64,000 nucleotides of DNA from Octopus sinensis (lineage: Eukaryota): NCBI RefSeq assembly GCF_006345805.1, contig NC_042999.1, forward strand, positions 51,398,001 to 51,462,000, in the 5' to 3' direction. The first letter of the stretch is position 1, and every line of letters begins with the position of its first letter. Made by a program: the position numbers and the translations under genes. The notes beneath the pieces are model-generated. The model was not told the DNA's origin. It saw only the letters and a list, made by a program, of their open reading frames with translations, and made no database searches. Of this stretch, positions 1 to 13,145 are shown one piece after another.

Positions 1-730
1 AGCAAATTACGAGTAATTTTGTTCACAGCTGTTAGTTCAGTGTCAATTTTAACATGGGAGTGCAAAAACGAACATTTTCGCTATATTTTGCTTTTGTATT
101 TACATAAAGGCAAGAAAGCAGCTGAGGCTCACAAAGCGATATGCGAAGTTTATGGTGTTGATTGCTTAACCCTTTAGTGTTCGCATTATTCTGCCAAAAT
201 TAATCCTTTTTTATCAACATTACCTTGAACTAATCAGGCATTATCTTGGAGCTACGAGATTTTGATGAGGTAGCTGTTAATTTTTAAAACGATATTGTAG
301 GGCTGGTGTGAGAGACCAGATCTGGCCAGTTTGAACATAAAACAGGTAGAATACTTTTGGCCGGATATGGCCAGTTTAAATGCTAAAGGGTTAACAGAAC
401 ACACATATCAGAAATGGTATAAAAAATTCCGTTCTCGTCACATCCACCATATAGCCCTAACCTTGCACCATCAGATTATCATTTATTTCAAAGCTTGCAA
501 AATTCTTTGAATGGTAAAACTTTCAATAATGATGATGACGTGAAATCGCACTTTCTTCAGTTTTTTGGCTGATAAGAACCAGAAGTTCCACGAGCGCAAA
601 ATCATGAAGTTACCAGAAAGATGGCAAAAGGTCATTGAACAAAATGGAAAAAATAGAAGTGTTTAAAGTTCATTCTTTGTATTAATGACTTATTTTACAC
701 TAACAATTGAAATTACTTTCTTGCCAACTA
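1..730 (+). mobile_element. Mariner transposon relic (internally deleted, interrupted by a MITE)
   Basis: Translates to HFRYILL...AAEAHKAICEVYG...QKWYKKFRS joined to HPPYSPNLAPSDYHLF...KLPERWQKVIEQNG; TIR-like gaaattactttcttgccaac near 710-730. Confidence 0.85.
166..394. mobile_element. TTAA-flanked MITE (piggyBac-like ends)
   Basis: ttaa-ccctttag...ctaaaggg-ttaa; removing it restores the mariner frame (DCL-TEH). Confidence 0.85.
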
Positions 731-748
731 TGTATGTTTGTGTGTATG

Positions 749-797
<49 letters not shown>

Positions 798-819
798 CTC
801 CAAATCAAACCAAATTCAT

Positions 820-1098
820 AAATTCGATGACTGGCACCCGTGCCAGTGGAGCTCTAAAAGCACCATCCAAGCGTGATTGCTGCCAGAGCAGCTGACGGAC
901 TTCCGTGCCAGTGGCACGTAAAAAAGCACCAGACTGGACACTCTCGGAGTGGTTGGCGTTAGGAAGGGCATCCAGCTGTAGAAACTCTGCCAGATCAGAT
1001 TGGAGCCTGGTGCAGCCATCTGGTTCGCCAGTCCTCAGTCATTATCAGCCAACCCATACTAGCATGGACAGCGGACATTAAACGATGATGATGATGAT
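820..1098 (+). mobile_element. 3' UTR/tail fragment of the abundant RTE LINE family, ending in (GAT)n
   Basis: ggttggcgttaggaagggcatccagctgtagaaac...gacattaaacgatgatgat; many copies in the window (e.g. 5920-6228, 28550-29160, 36327-36560, 39380-39543, 53125-53267, 55162-55495), several attached to RTE coding remnants. Confidence 0.85.
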
Positions 1099-2569
1099 AT
1101 ATAAACTCCTATTAAAGCAATTTCCTGAAATCTTTGTTTCAGTCAAGTGTTACACTTTAACTAGAAACATTCAAGTCATAACACTAATTTCATCACCAAT
1201 CCCTGGAGGTAAGGAGATTCAGATGCAAGGTCAGACTGAATAAATTGACAATTGTTTACATGTAAGTGCGAGTGCTATTTATGTTAATTGATATGTCTTC
1301 GTCAGTGCCATGAATTAATAACTGCCATATGGAAACCTACAAATAATTCATCAGTTAAGCCCTTTCACTAAACTGAACGCACATTTTATTTCTGCAACTT
1401 TACTCCTGACAAAACTTTTCAAGCTAATCTCTCGCTAATATTGTCAATATTAATATTTTCATTATATTTTCTGTTAAATATATTTTCTTGTCAGCTGTTA
1501 GAAAAGTGCTCTCATATGGCTAAGAGTTGTTTACTAGCACCCTCTGTCACTTTAGTGGCAATTGTACTTGTTGCCTATCAGTTCTAAATTGCAAATAGCC
1601 ACCATAATAATATATATATATATACACACACACCCACACACATATTGTTATACTTGGGCACGGCCATCTTTCAGAAATTAAACACACACACACATACACA
1701 CCATTTAACTGATCTTCACTTTAGATTTATTATTACCATTGTTAGTTTATTTGTCAAAGTTATTTCACCACATATTCTGTGACCTCTTCAGCAAACTTCC
1801 TCTTGTCTTCTCTTCACCTGCCTATTCCGTTTTTGTCTTCCTGCAGTATGTATCCTTATCTGCACATGCATTTACATCTATATTTGTGTGTGAGGGTGTG
1901 TTGTGTGTATGTATATGGGTTTGTATATTACACTGTTTGTACCCATGCCTTATTTGTTTTTTTTCTTTCTTTGCCATTCTGTCTTCAGTCATCATTTTGC
2001 ATGGTGTGGTGGAGTGGAGGTGTTATTACTCCATTCACAATTTCTGTTGAGGCTCCCGGCTATCTTCTGCTATGAGTAATCTGAGTGTTGTTCCTATTCT
2101 ATGCATTGATAAGATCTTAACATCTATGTTGTCAACCGAGCCGCCGTGTCCTAACTGAACATGCTGGTAGAGCACTGACAAACTTTTCTCCTTCTTGTGC
2201 TCCTGACAGTGTTCACTTACCCACTCACCTATGCTATATGCTGTCACCAATGTATGTCGTCATCCTACTTTTGCACCTACCCCCACCCCTGTGTTCCAGT
2301 GGGCCAAGTATTTGGAGGTCACAGTTTTTGGCACAGTGAGAATGAAGAGTTCAGTGTCTAAAACAGTCTGTAAGAGCGCTGTTACTTCATTTTGGTGAAT
2401 GGAGTTAGCAATTTTACTGGATGCTGTCTATGGTGCTAGCTTCTAGTTCATAGACACTGTCTTGTAGGGGTGTTTTTGTGACTATGTTGATATCATCAAC
2501 ATAATGGGAGTACATGGTTAGGGTTATGGTGCTCTATGCCGAGTGTTCTTTGAGTCTCCTATCTCACCA

Positions 2570-2700
2570 TGCCATGAGAGGTTAGCCACTACACCAGCGA
2601 TACTAAAACTGATGATTGCACCCACTTCTTGGGTGTATATCTTGTTGTTAAACTTGGACATGTAGCCCTTTAGTGTGACTTTGGTATTTAGGATCTTTTC
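2570..2700 (-). mobile_element. Penelope-like reverse transcriptase fragment
   Basis: KFNNKIYTQEVGAIISFSIAGVVANL resembles the Penelope RT motif F.G..Y.Q..G..MGS..A..LANL. Confidence 0.55.
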
Positions 2701-2847
2701 TGTTTGTACATTATTTACATTTGACGGATATTTATCCTCGTCTTGTTTGTTGTTAACACGTTTCGGCTGATGTACCCTCCAGCCGTCATCAGATGTCTTG
2801 GGGAAATTTCGAACCTGGGTTCTCATTCCTAAGGTATTTTTTCTCAA

Positions 2848-2890
<43 letters not shown>

Positions 2891-2950
2891 ATCACTGCTT
2901 GGAATCAAACTTGGAATCTTGGGGTTAGTAGCCCTTAACCACTATGCCAT
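2700..2950 (-). mobile_element. tRNA-headed short element with (AAT)n spacer and hammerhead-ribozyme core
   Basis: A box TGGCATAGTGG, B-box-like GTTTGATTCC, (AAT)n, then CTGATGA-cGGCTG...CAGCC-GAAA. Confidence 0.65.
2752..2798 (-). ncRNA. Minimal (type I) hammerhead ribozyme motif, probably degenerate in this copy
   Basis: gacat CTGATGA c ggctg gagggtacat cagcc GAAA cgtgtt; the stem III/cleavage triplet looks shortened. Confidence 0.55.
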
Positions 2951-3399
2951 TTATGCTGAACCTCAGGAGATATTTCACTTACTCCATAATTTTTTTTTTT
3001 AAGTTATAGAGGTTTAAAGTTTGATAATTTTTACCTAGTCAGAAAAGAGGGCTTGGAAGCTGTTATTTTGTGCGTGACAGCATGAGTTGCCAACATTCTG
3101 AAAATAGCACGTTTTAATCTGAAACTGTAAACAAATGAAATGCTGGTGGAATTCTGCTTTACACACGATATATAATCCCAGAATTTATATTCTACACAAG
3201 GGAATTCATATAAATGTGCAAAAAAAAAAGGGGGGGTATGCATGATTTAAGCCTATTTAGTTGTTATTTTTAACACATCTCACAACCACCTCAATGACCC
3301 AAAAGACAGAGTAAACTACACATATTTTGTAGTTTTAAGCATTTAATATGCATTTAATGCAATAAACAGCACATTACAAATAAAATATTTTTCAAAAAA

Positions 3400-4170
3400 C
3401 AAACATCAGTTGTCCATGCTGGTATGGGTTGGATGGTTTGACCAGAGCTGTCTGATTTGGCATGGTTCCTATGGCTGGATGCCCTTCCTAATGCTAACCA
3501 CTCAGAGTATAATGGGTGCATTTACATGCCACCAGCATGGGTGCCAGTAGTGTGACACCGGTATCTTCTCAAGCACAGCATATTGCCAAAGGTCTCGGTC
3601 ATTTGCCATTGCTTCCATAAGGCCTGATGCTTGAAAAGTGCCTTTTATGTGCCACTAGCAAGGGTGCCAATTATGTGATACCAGCATCAGCCATTACTAC
3701 GATTCCACTTGGTTTGATGGTCTTCTTAAGCACAGCATATCACTAAAGGTCTTGGTCATTAGTCATTGCCTCCATGAGGTCAGTTCGAAGATCATGTTTC
3801 ATCACCCCGTCCCATTTCTTCTCGGGTCTCACTCTACCACAGGTTTTTCTCCACAATTAGAGATCGGCACTTCTTTACACAGCTGTCTTTGTCCATACGC
3901 ACCACACAATCATACCAGCGCAGTCGTCTCTCTTGTACATCACATTTGATGCTTTTTATACCCAACTTTTCTCTCAAGATGCTTACACTCTGTCATACAT
4001 GCACACTAGACATAGCACATCCAGCAAAGCATGCTAGCTTCATTTCTTTCAAGCTTACGCATGTCCTTGGCAGTCACAGCCCATGTTACACTGCCATGTG
4101 GCATGGGTGTTTGCACACAGGCATTGTACAATCTGCCTTTCACTCTGAGGGAAAATCCCTGTTGCCAGCA
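3400..4170 (-). mobile_element. RTE LINE 3' fragment (RT C-terminus plus 3' UTR)
   Basis: [41 protein letters not shown]. Confidence 0.85.
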
Positions 4171-4339
4171 GAAGTAGGAAATGGGTACAAACAATGTAAT
4201 AAACAAACCCATATACAAGCACACAAGACACACATGTACTAAATATACAGACACACACACACAAATACAGATGTGAACACATGCACAAATAGGGATACAT
4301 ACCACAGAAAGACAAAATGGAATAGGCAGGTGAAGAGGA

Positions 4340-5397
4340 GAGAGATCTATCTGTCAAATTGTTGGTGCTCGTATGGCAAGCACTAACAACGAAAACAGTC
4401 GAAATGTTTGGTGTATCAAGAAGTACTGTCTCAAAAGTAATGACAGCCTTTGAGAAAGAGGGAAAAACCTCCTTGTCGAGACAAAACTCAGGAAGAAAAC
4501 CAAAACTTTCAGATAGGGACTGTTGGACTATTACGTGAATTGTTAGAAAGGACCACCAAAGTACAGTTCCCAAAATTACTGCAGGGGTTAATAACCACCT
4601 CGAGAACCCAGTTTCCACAAAAACTGTTCTGTCGGAAGCTGCACAAAGCCAGATTTCACGAGAGGGCTGCAATCAGAAAACCATTACTTTCATACTTTCA
4701 AAAACAAACGTTGCAAAGCATTTAGATTGGAGTAAAAACCTACAGAATTGGTCTCTAGAGCAGTGGAAGAATGTTACTTTCTTGGACAAGTTATCTTTTA
4801 CCTTATCTGACCACCAGCCAAGTATATGTGTGGAGACAGCCAAAAGAAACATTTTACCCAGACTGCCTTCTTCCAACTGTTAAACATGGAGGAGGATCCG
4901 TGATGATCTTGGGGGCTATATCCTGGAAATCTGCCGGTCCAATGGTTCCCCTTCATGGCAGTATTAATAGTCCAGACTATTTAAGCATTTTATCTGATCA
5001 AATTCATCCTATGGTTGCAGAACTGTTTCCAGAGGGAAACACAATCTTTCAGGATGATAATGCACCAATTCACACTGCTAAAGTTGTTACTGAATGGCAC
5101 AAGGAACATTCTAGTGAAGTTGAACATCTTATCTGGCCACCACAGTCTCCACATCTCAATATTATTGAACATTTATGGTGCATTTTAGAAAAACAAGTAA
5201 GGAATTGATATCCTCCACCATCATCACTACAAGAACTAGAAACTGTTTTAATTGAAGAATGGACAAAAATCCCTTTAGAAACAATTCAAACTTTGTACGA
5301 GTCCATACCTCATAGAATTCAAGCTGTAATTACCCTGAATTAAAATGAATTCGCTTGAAATTTTTAAGGTGTTTCCATTATTTTGTCCAAACCCTGT
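4340..5397 (+). mobile_element. Tc1-family transposon relic
   Basis: PTVKHGGGSVMI.G...FQDDNAPIH...WPPQSPHLNIIEHLW; frameshifted; right TIR ggtgtttccattattttgtccaaaccctg. Confidence 0.9.
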
Positions 5398-6342
5398 GTG
5401 TGTGTGTATATATATATGAAATCAAAATCAAATTCGATGACTGGCATCCGTGCTAGTGGAGCACTAAGAGTACCATATGAGCATGATCTTTGCCAGAGCA
5501 ACAAGCTGGCCTCCATGCCAATGGCACATAAAAAGCACCATTTGAGCATGATCATTACCTGCGTCACCTTACTGGTACTTGTCTCTTCTCTTGTCTTGTG
5601 ACAGCGTTCACCCAGGGTGGGTTGAGCCAGCTTCCCTGGTCTTGGCGGCATCACGAACCATAGAAGAAGTTTCGTGGGAATATTGAATTCACAAGCAGTC
5701 CCTGACATCCTGCATGCATATCCCGAGTGACAGGATACCCTGTTTGCTGCGGAGTCTCCACAGACACAAGGACAGAATGACCTCAAAGCAGCTGGTTGCC
5801 AATCAGACGCCTCTTGGAATTTTCACCAGAGCCCCGTTGGCCAGGCTGCGGCCCTAATACTGCTTGGTGCCAAACCAATCTGCCTTGGGTAGCCCTACCA
5901 GGAACCAAAGTTCCTTACAGCACGTGAAAAAACATTCGAGCGAGGTCATTGCCAGTGCCGCTGGACTGGCTCCTGTGGAGGTGGCACACAAAAAGCACCA
6001 TTTGAGCGTGGCCGCTGTCAGTACCGCCTGACTGGCCCTCGTGCCGGTGGCACGTAAAAGCACCCACTACACTCTCGGAGTGGTTGGCGTTAGGAAGGGC
6101 ATCCAGCTGTAGAAACTCTGCCAGATCAGATTGGAGTCTGGTGCAGTGATCTGGTTCGCCAGACCTCAGTCAAATCGTCCAACCCATGCTAGCATGGAAA
6201 GCGAACGTTAAACGATGATGATGATGATATATATGTAGTAACACAAAGAGAGGAATTTCGATTATCCCCATGTGGTGAGTTGTAATGCAAAAAATATATA
6301 TAAAAGAAAGAAAATGCACACACTTTACCTAGTTTTAATATA

Positions 6343-6736
6343 TCTTTATATATAAAAGTGAAGTTGTGTGTCTGTCTCCTACGATTTAGATTCCTAACTA
6401 CTCCCACATTTTGCGGTGCAGTGTAACCAAAAGCGGGTATCTTATAGTCGTGATTCATATCGAGCCCTTCTGGGTATTAGCGCACGTCTACGAGGAGTCT
6501 ACGATTTAAAAAAAAATTTACCATCATTTTCCCCCATTTTTAATGCATTTTTTGCTATTATCTAAGGGAAGTAACTCTCTAAAAATGTATTATTAAATCT
6601 CAGAACGTAAAAAGCTACAGTAACACCCCCCTTTGTGGTTAGCCATATTGAGTTGGCTATCATACTTTACATCTCTAAAAATGCTTATATAGTTATTTCC
6701 CTTACAAACCCGAGCAACGCCGGGCGATGCTGCTAG
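6343..6736 (+). mobile_element. Non-autonomous Helitron
   Basis: A|TC 5' end, 3' hairpin cccgagcaacgccggg and CTAG|T end; second copy at 53631-54026. Confidence 0.8.
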
Positions 6737-6749
6737 TTTTTAATATATT

Positions 6750-7130
6750 TTGTATTGTGTTTGTCGATAGAAATACTCAGGACCTCCGTCTTCAAGACCT
6801 CAGAATAACACGAACTGAAAGACAATATCCACCCTCACTTATAGTCGATGGAATTAAGCATGCTAAGAAATTAGACATTAAAACACTAAGATCATGAAAA
6901 CGTAACACCACACCTCATCTCAAAACACTACTGTATATATCAACTCTAGAAACAATGAGGCATACAACATTATTGTACGAAATCTACCTATGATCACTAG
7001 GGATCCAAAAATGAAAAAAATATTCTGAAAACACATAAATTCATCAAATGCAAAAAGCAACAAAAATCGCCGAAAAGACTTCTAACAAATGCAAAGCTTT
7101 ACATAACAACCGTGAAACCAACAGTTAAAA
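6750..7130 (+). mobile_element. Penelope-like element remnant (region C-terminal to RT)
   Basis: DRNTQDLRLQDLR...QYPTSLIVDGIKHAKKLDIKTLR; degraded. Confidence 0.5.
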
Positions 7131-7825
7131 ACTATCCAACCCATGTCAGCATGGTAAACAGATGGTTAAATGATGATGATATCCAAACTGCTATATTTAA
7201 TATATCTAACTTGTTTATCCTCATAAATGCCTCTACACACACATACACAAACACACAGAAGAAACATTAAGCTAAACCCTCAAAAGTTAATCTAGTCAGA
7301 TGATCTCTACCAAAATTATTATCTCCTTATAGGATAAAAATCACAGTGTTTCTAATTAAATACCGAAAGGATTCAATGTGTGACCTTAAAACTCCTGAAG
7401 GGGTATACAGACCAGTAGTATGTAACGTCAGTACTAGTGAGAAAGTGAACAAAAGTTAGAATAAAAGGTTAAAAAAATCCTTAAGTAAATTCTAGTGTCA
7501 TCATTGAGAAAATAAGAGAGAAGTGAGGTTGTAGAATGTCAGATGAAATCGATATGCAATGGTGAGAGGAAAAGAGAAAATTATGTTAATCCAGGAAGAG
7601 TTAAATACAGTGTTTTGTTGGGTTATGATAGAAAAGAAATAAAATATACAAGCATACAAATTAAGTTGACATTTTTCTTCAATAACACGAGTTGGATAGG
7701 TTGACAATGTTAACCCGATGACAACAGTTTTTTTTTTTATCGGGCAACTAGGTTACACTGACGGTAATCAACTTGGCCAAGATCAGCAATTAGTGCACAA
7801 CAATGGTTCGGCATATATTTATGAA

Positions 7826-8056
7826 GACGGCGAGCTAGCAGAAATGTTAGCGCACTGGGCGAAATGCTTAGCGGTATTTCGTCTGTTGTTACGTTCTGAG
7901 TTCAAATTCCACCGAGGTCGACTTTTCCTTTCATCCTTTCGGGGTCAATAAATAAAGTACCAGTTTTGCACTGGGGTCGATGTAATTGACTTAATCCTTT
8001 TGTCTGTCCTTGTTTGTCCCCTCTATGTTTAGCCCCTCGTGGGTAGTAAAGAAATA
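7826..8056 (+). mobile_element. tRNA-derived SINE, family A
   Basis: ggcgagctagcagaa...gagttcaaattcc...cctttcatcctttcggggtc; TSD atatatttatg. Other copies near 12387-12604(+), 23203-23432(-), 31879-32097(+), 41940-42165(-), 47607-47838(+), 48279-48514(+), 56395-56595(+), 63330-63535(-). Confidence 0.85.
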
Positions 8057-10179
8057 TATATTTATGGCAACGGCTTTACGAGAACCGTAAATTCAACGAA
8101 ACTGGCATAAAGTGACACTGAAAATCCCCCAAACCATTTTATTTCTATAAATACATCTTTTTTCCATTTTAAGACGAGTTGTATTCTGAAAAAACTGAAT
8201 ACAGGAAATGAATCCAAGTCAACTGGAAGACAGACATTAAATGAAGATGATAATTTTTACACACACACACACACACATGCACATGCATGTAAGTATATTT
8301 TTGCTCTTTTTTTTTGTTGTTGTCTTTCAAGGTACTTGGTGATCCTGCTGGAGACAGTGCCACGTAAAAAGCATCCAGAGCATTCTGTAAAGCAGAAGGA
8401 CACCTAGCTACAGAAACCCTGCCAAAACAATGAAGCTTGCTAAAGCTTCCAGCCTTGCCAACTCAAGTCAAACCATCCAACCCATGTCAGCATGGAAAAC
8501 AGATGTTAAATGGTGATGGTGATAACATATATATTCACACATACAGTTGTGTCGAGTGTAGACATGGTTATGTGGTTAAGAAACTTGCTTCCTAATCACA
8601 TGGCTTTGGGTTCAATCCCACTGTACAGCACCTTGAACAATTGTCATCTACTATAAGTTCAGGCCAACCAAACGTTAAAGAGTGAATTTGGTTAACCAAA
8701 TCTGAAAGAAGTACGCTTTTCCATGCTGGCATGGGTCGAACAGTTCAAGAGGAACTGGTAAGTCAGAAGACGGCACCAACCCCTGCTGTGTGCTCTGGCA
8801 TAGCTTTTACGGCTGAATGCCCTTCCTAACACCAACCACTTTACAGAATTTACTGGGTGCTTTTTATGCAGCACCAGCAGTAGTGAGGTCGCAAGTAGCT
8901 CACAGGACGAGACCCCTTAATTGAGCAGGAAGTAGAATTGAGAGACAGAAAAGGGAATCTTGCATCTGAGGGAAAACATGGCTACCTTACATGGGGATAG
9001 GAGAGAGAGAGAGAGATGGTGAAGATGTGACAAGGAGAGGAAGGCAAGGACCATACACTCAAGTTGCAGGAAGGTTTATATAGTGAAGTGGACCAGGGAC
9101 TAGCATTCAGTCCACACTGTAAAGTAGTTGGCATTTGGAAGGGCATCCAGCAGTAAAAACCATGCCAGAACTGACCTAATTTGTGCTGGTGCCATGTAAA
9201 AAGTACTCAGCCCACTCTGTGGGGTGGTTGGTGTTAGGAAGGGCATCCAGCTATAAAAACCCTGCCAAAACAGACACAGAAGTCAGGTGCAGTCTTCTGC
9301 CTGGCCAGCTCCTGTCAAACTGTCCAACCGATGCCAGTATAGAAGGTGGACGTTAAACAATGATGATGATGATAGTGAGACTTGGTCCCTCAATGCAGAG
9401 GACATGCAAAGACTGGAGAGGAATGAAGCTAATATGCTCCCAAACCAAAATGGAAAGCAGATACAAAACGATGATGACTCATCATCCTTTATTGTCTGGC
9501 TTCTCTGTTGGCATGGGCTGAATGGTTTGAATCCAAAGGTTCAGAGCACTGAGACATGCTCCAATGTCAGTTTGGCCTGGTTTCTTCAACTGGATCCTCT
9601 TCCTAATAGCCACCACTTTACAGAGTGTACTAGGTGCTTTCTTTTGTGGCACCAGCACTAGTGAAGTCACCCATGTAGCTCACAAGATCATCTGCCAAGT
9701 GTGGTTGCAGTAGAGAGAGAGAGAGAGAGCAGCAACTTTATGTAAGGTAATGATAGGTAAAAGTATAATGGAAGAGTCTGGAACAGGTTTCTTGCTATAA
9801 AGGAGCTACAGGGCTGATCATATTATACAATAGTGGATGAGAGTAATTGGTGGGAAGCTGGAAAGAGGAGATAAAGATAGTGGGAACATTATATCAGGGT
9901 GAGCCCTTGGGGAGAAAAGAAGAGGAAAAGTGGTGGGATAGAAGTAGCAAGAGTGTATGGAGAGAGTAAGGGATGGTAAGAAATGGGGTAGAGGAACAAA
10001 TATACAGAATGATGAACAAGAATTGAGGCAGCCTCTTTAATCCGGCCACACACAACACTGTCCAGTACCTGTGGTATGATAAAATGTACCCAGTCCACAG
10101 TGTAAAGTAGTTGATGAGGAGAGGGATACACAGTCCCTTTTGTGGTTGGTTAACTCTTTTACTGCATTTGATGACTAAC

Positions 10180-11120
10180 AACCACTAAGAATGGTGAAAC
10201 ATTTTGAGACTAGTTTAACCCACGACAATAACAACAAGAATGGAAACAATCATGGCATTGTGTGTAGAGAATGGAACTTGCTATCACTGAAGCTGAAAAG
10301 AAAGAGGTATAAAAGTAGAATTATGAGAGGTTGTTGAATAAGAAAAATATCTTTCAGAAGTAGACGCAAAGCCATGTAGGTTGACATCCAAACAAAATAA
10401 GATGGCCAAGAAAGCAGCTAGTCCATGAGCTGGTCAAAATGTCTGCAGGATAAAGTGACACGCTCATCAAGTGATAGAAGGATGAAGGAGAGGTACCAGA
10501 TAAAGGCAATTACAGAGGCATCAGATTGTTGGGCCAGGTTATAGAAGTTACAGAAAAAGTGATTGCACAATTAATGAGGAAGAGAATTAGCCTAGAAGCC
10601 AAATTGAGATTTGCACCAAGAAGAGGGACTACTAATGCTATGTTTCTTGTGAAACAACTGCAGGGAAATATTAAACCCCTATACCTGGTATTCATCAACC
10701 TATAGAAGGCCTTTGAAGGAGTTCAACACTTTTCAAGTTGGTGATCAGAGTTAAATGAATGGCTTTTGAGAGAGTCAGCAATAAGTTTAAGAGTGAATTT
10801 AGCATTTAGATAAAGATCACTCAGAGCTCAGTTGTCAGTCCTCACCTGTTTGTTATATTCCGACAGGTGTTTAAGACCAGCTGTCCATGAGAACTCCTCT
10901 ATGCTAATTACCTAGTTCTTATAGCAGAGAGTGATTGAGAGAAAATATCCCAGATATAGAATAAAAATCTGGAAACAAGTGGCCTCACAATAAGCATTAG
11001 ACAAAAAGTTTTAATTAGGAAAGATAGACATGTGGCAGAGCTTGAATTGCTAAAAAAAAAAGGGGATACATTTGGGGTTTCCAGTGTAAACTATGGACAC
11101 ACACAAGATATGTAGTACGG
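10180..11120 (+). mobile_element. Degraded RTE LINE RT region
   Basis: NYRGIRLL...FAPRRGTTNAMFLVKQLQ...LYLVFINL.KAF motifs with many stops. Confidence 0.7.
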
Positions 11121-11595
11121 AGGTTTGATATTAAGAGAGGTAGCCTTACAGCTTTTCTGCAACTTCTGAATTCGCTCTTTCACTCTCTCTCTCTCTCTCT
11201 GTATACATGTGTGTGTGTATGTGTGTGTTGTGTGTGTGTGTGTGTGTGTATAGGGTAAAAACCCCATCAGTCATGAATGACTATGGCATTGTACCTAGAA
11301 AGTTACCCTCCCAGGCACAAGTCCGGGCAAGGTTGTTTATGGAAGACCAGCAGTTGCCCTTGCATGCCAGCCTCCCCTCTCCATGCCACAGATGTTACCC
11401 AAGGGAAAGGTAAAGGCCAATACAGCTTGGCACCAGTGACATTGCGATTCATTTCTATAGCTGAGTGAACTGGAGCAACATGAAATGAAGTGTCTTGCAC
11501 AAGAACACAATGCACAACACTGTCCAGGAATCAAACTCACTACCTCATGATGGTGAGCCCAATGCTCTAACCACTGAGCCATGGACTTTGTGCAC

Positions 11596-11621
<26 letters not shown>

Positions 11622-11626
<5 letters not shown>

Positions 11627-11791
11627 GGAGTGGCTGTGTGGTAAGTTGCTTGTTTACCAACCACATGGTTCCGGGTTCAGTCCCACTGTGTGGCACTTTG
11701 GGCAAGTGTCTTCTACTATAGCCTCGGGTCGACCAAAGCCTTGTGAGTGGATTTGGTAGACGGAAACTGAAAGAAGCCCATCGTATATATT

Positions 11792-11845
<54 letters not shown>

Positions 11846-12066
11846 CGTGTATGTTTGTGTGTCTGTGTTTGTCCCATCCAACATCGCTTGAGAACCGATG
11901 CTGGTGTGTTTATGTCCCCCGTCACTTAGCGGTTCGGCAAAAGAAACCGATAGAATAAGTACTGGGCTTACAAAGAATAAGTCCCGGGGTCGAGTTGCTC
12001 GATTAAAAGGCGGTGCTCCAGCATGGCCGCAGTCAAATGACTGAAACAAGTAAAAGAGTAAAAGAG
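11622..12066 (+). mobile_element. tRNA-derived SINE, family B (internal TA/TG microsatellite, (AAAAGAGT)n tail)
   Basis: gcacaggagtggctgtgtggtaag...ggttcagtcccactg...gggcaagtgtcttc...gaaacaagtaaaagag. Confidence 0.85.
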
Positions 12067-12624
12067 TATATATATATATATATATATATATATCATCATA
12101 CATGTATGTGTGTGTGTGAATGTGTGTAAAAGGAGAAATGAAGAGAGAGAACCTGTCCTGGCTCAGTTCAACACCATTACTTCTAACACATGGCTATTGA
12201 ATGCCTTTAGCAGAATCCACTCAGCTACAAACCCTCTGTCTAGTTCTCTTGTCTGAGCAGAAATCCCTTTCATACTCACACCAGACTAAGAATTTCTGAA
12301 AAGAGTTGTGAGCGCTGCTGCTCTTCCTAACTAAACCACCGAATAACAACTCTGCTTGCCATTGCGTTACTTACCCCAATGCTAATGCTGCGAACTGGCA
12401 GAAATGTTAGCACGCCGGGCGAAATGCTTAGCAGTATTTCGTCTGCCGTTACGTTCTGAGTTCAAATTCCGCCGAGGTCAATTTTGCCTTTCATCCTTTC
12501 GGGGTCAATTAAATAAGTACCAGTCACGCACTGGGGGTCGATATAATCGACTTAACCCATTTGTCCCTTCTGTGTGTAGCTCCTTGTGGGTAGTAAAGAA
12601 ATAGGTAATGCTGTCATATGATTA

Positions 12625-12740
12625 GAGAAAAAGAGGGAGAGAGAAAAGGAGGGAGGGAGAAAAAGAGGGAGGGAGAAAAAGACGGAGGGAGGGAGAAAAA
12701 GACGGAGAGAGAAAGGGAGGGAGGGAGGGAGGGAGAAACA
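12625..12740. repeat. Purine-rich minisatellite (GAGGGAGGGAGAAAAA)n
   Basis: Tandem units visible directly. Confidence 0.8.
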
Positions 12741-13145
12741 TCCATGACGTGAGGTGGAGGAAATGTAATTGTAACACTTTCACATGATTAGTTGAATGGA
12801 AAGAGAGGAGAAATAAAAAAAAAAGAGCGAGTAAAAGAGGATAAGGTGTAAAGTGAGACAGAAAGAGGGAGAGAGGTGTCCATGACATGGTAGGGGGAAT
12901 GTAATATTTATTACAGGGTTAAAAAAAAGTTAGCTGAAGGTGAGGTTAAAGAAAGGCACAGAGGGAGAGGAGGGAGAGAGAGATGGTGGTGGTGGTGGAG
13001 ATTGGCCGGTGAAAAGTGTATTTTTAAAAAATTAAACTAAATTTGTTATATCACTCGAGGCATACGCATAAGAGGAATTTTGTGAATTCACACTTATTTA
13101 CATGGCAGATATATATACAATCTAATTAAAGGCTGTATCATATCT

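Noticed and set aside
4771-5208. Intact transposase gene
   Set aside because: Only a fragment; upstream frameshifts and a stop after QVRN.
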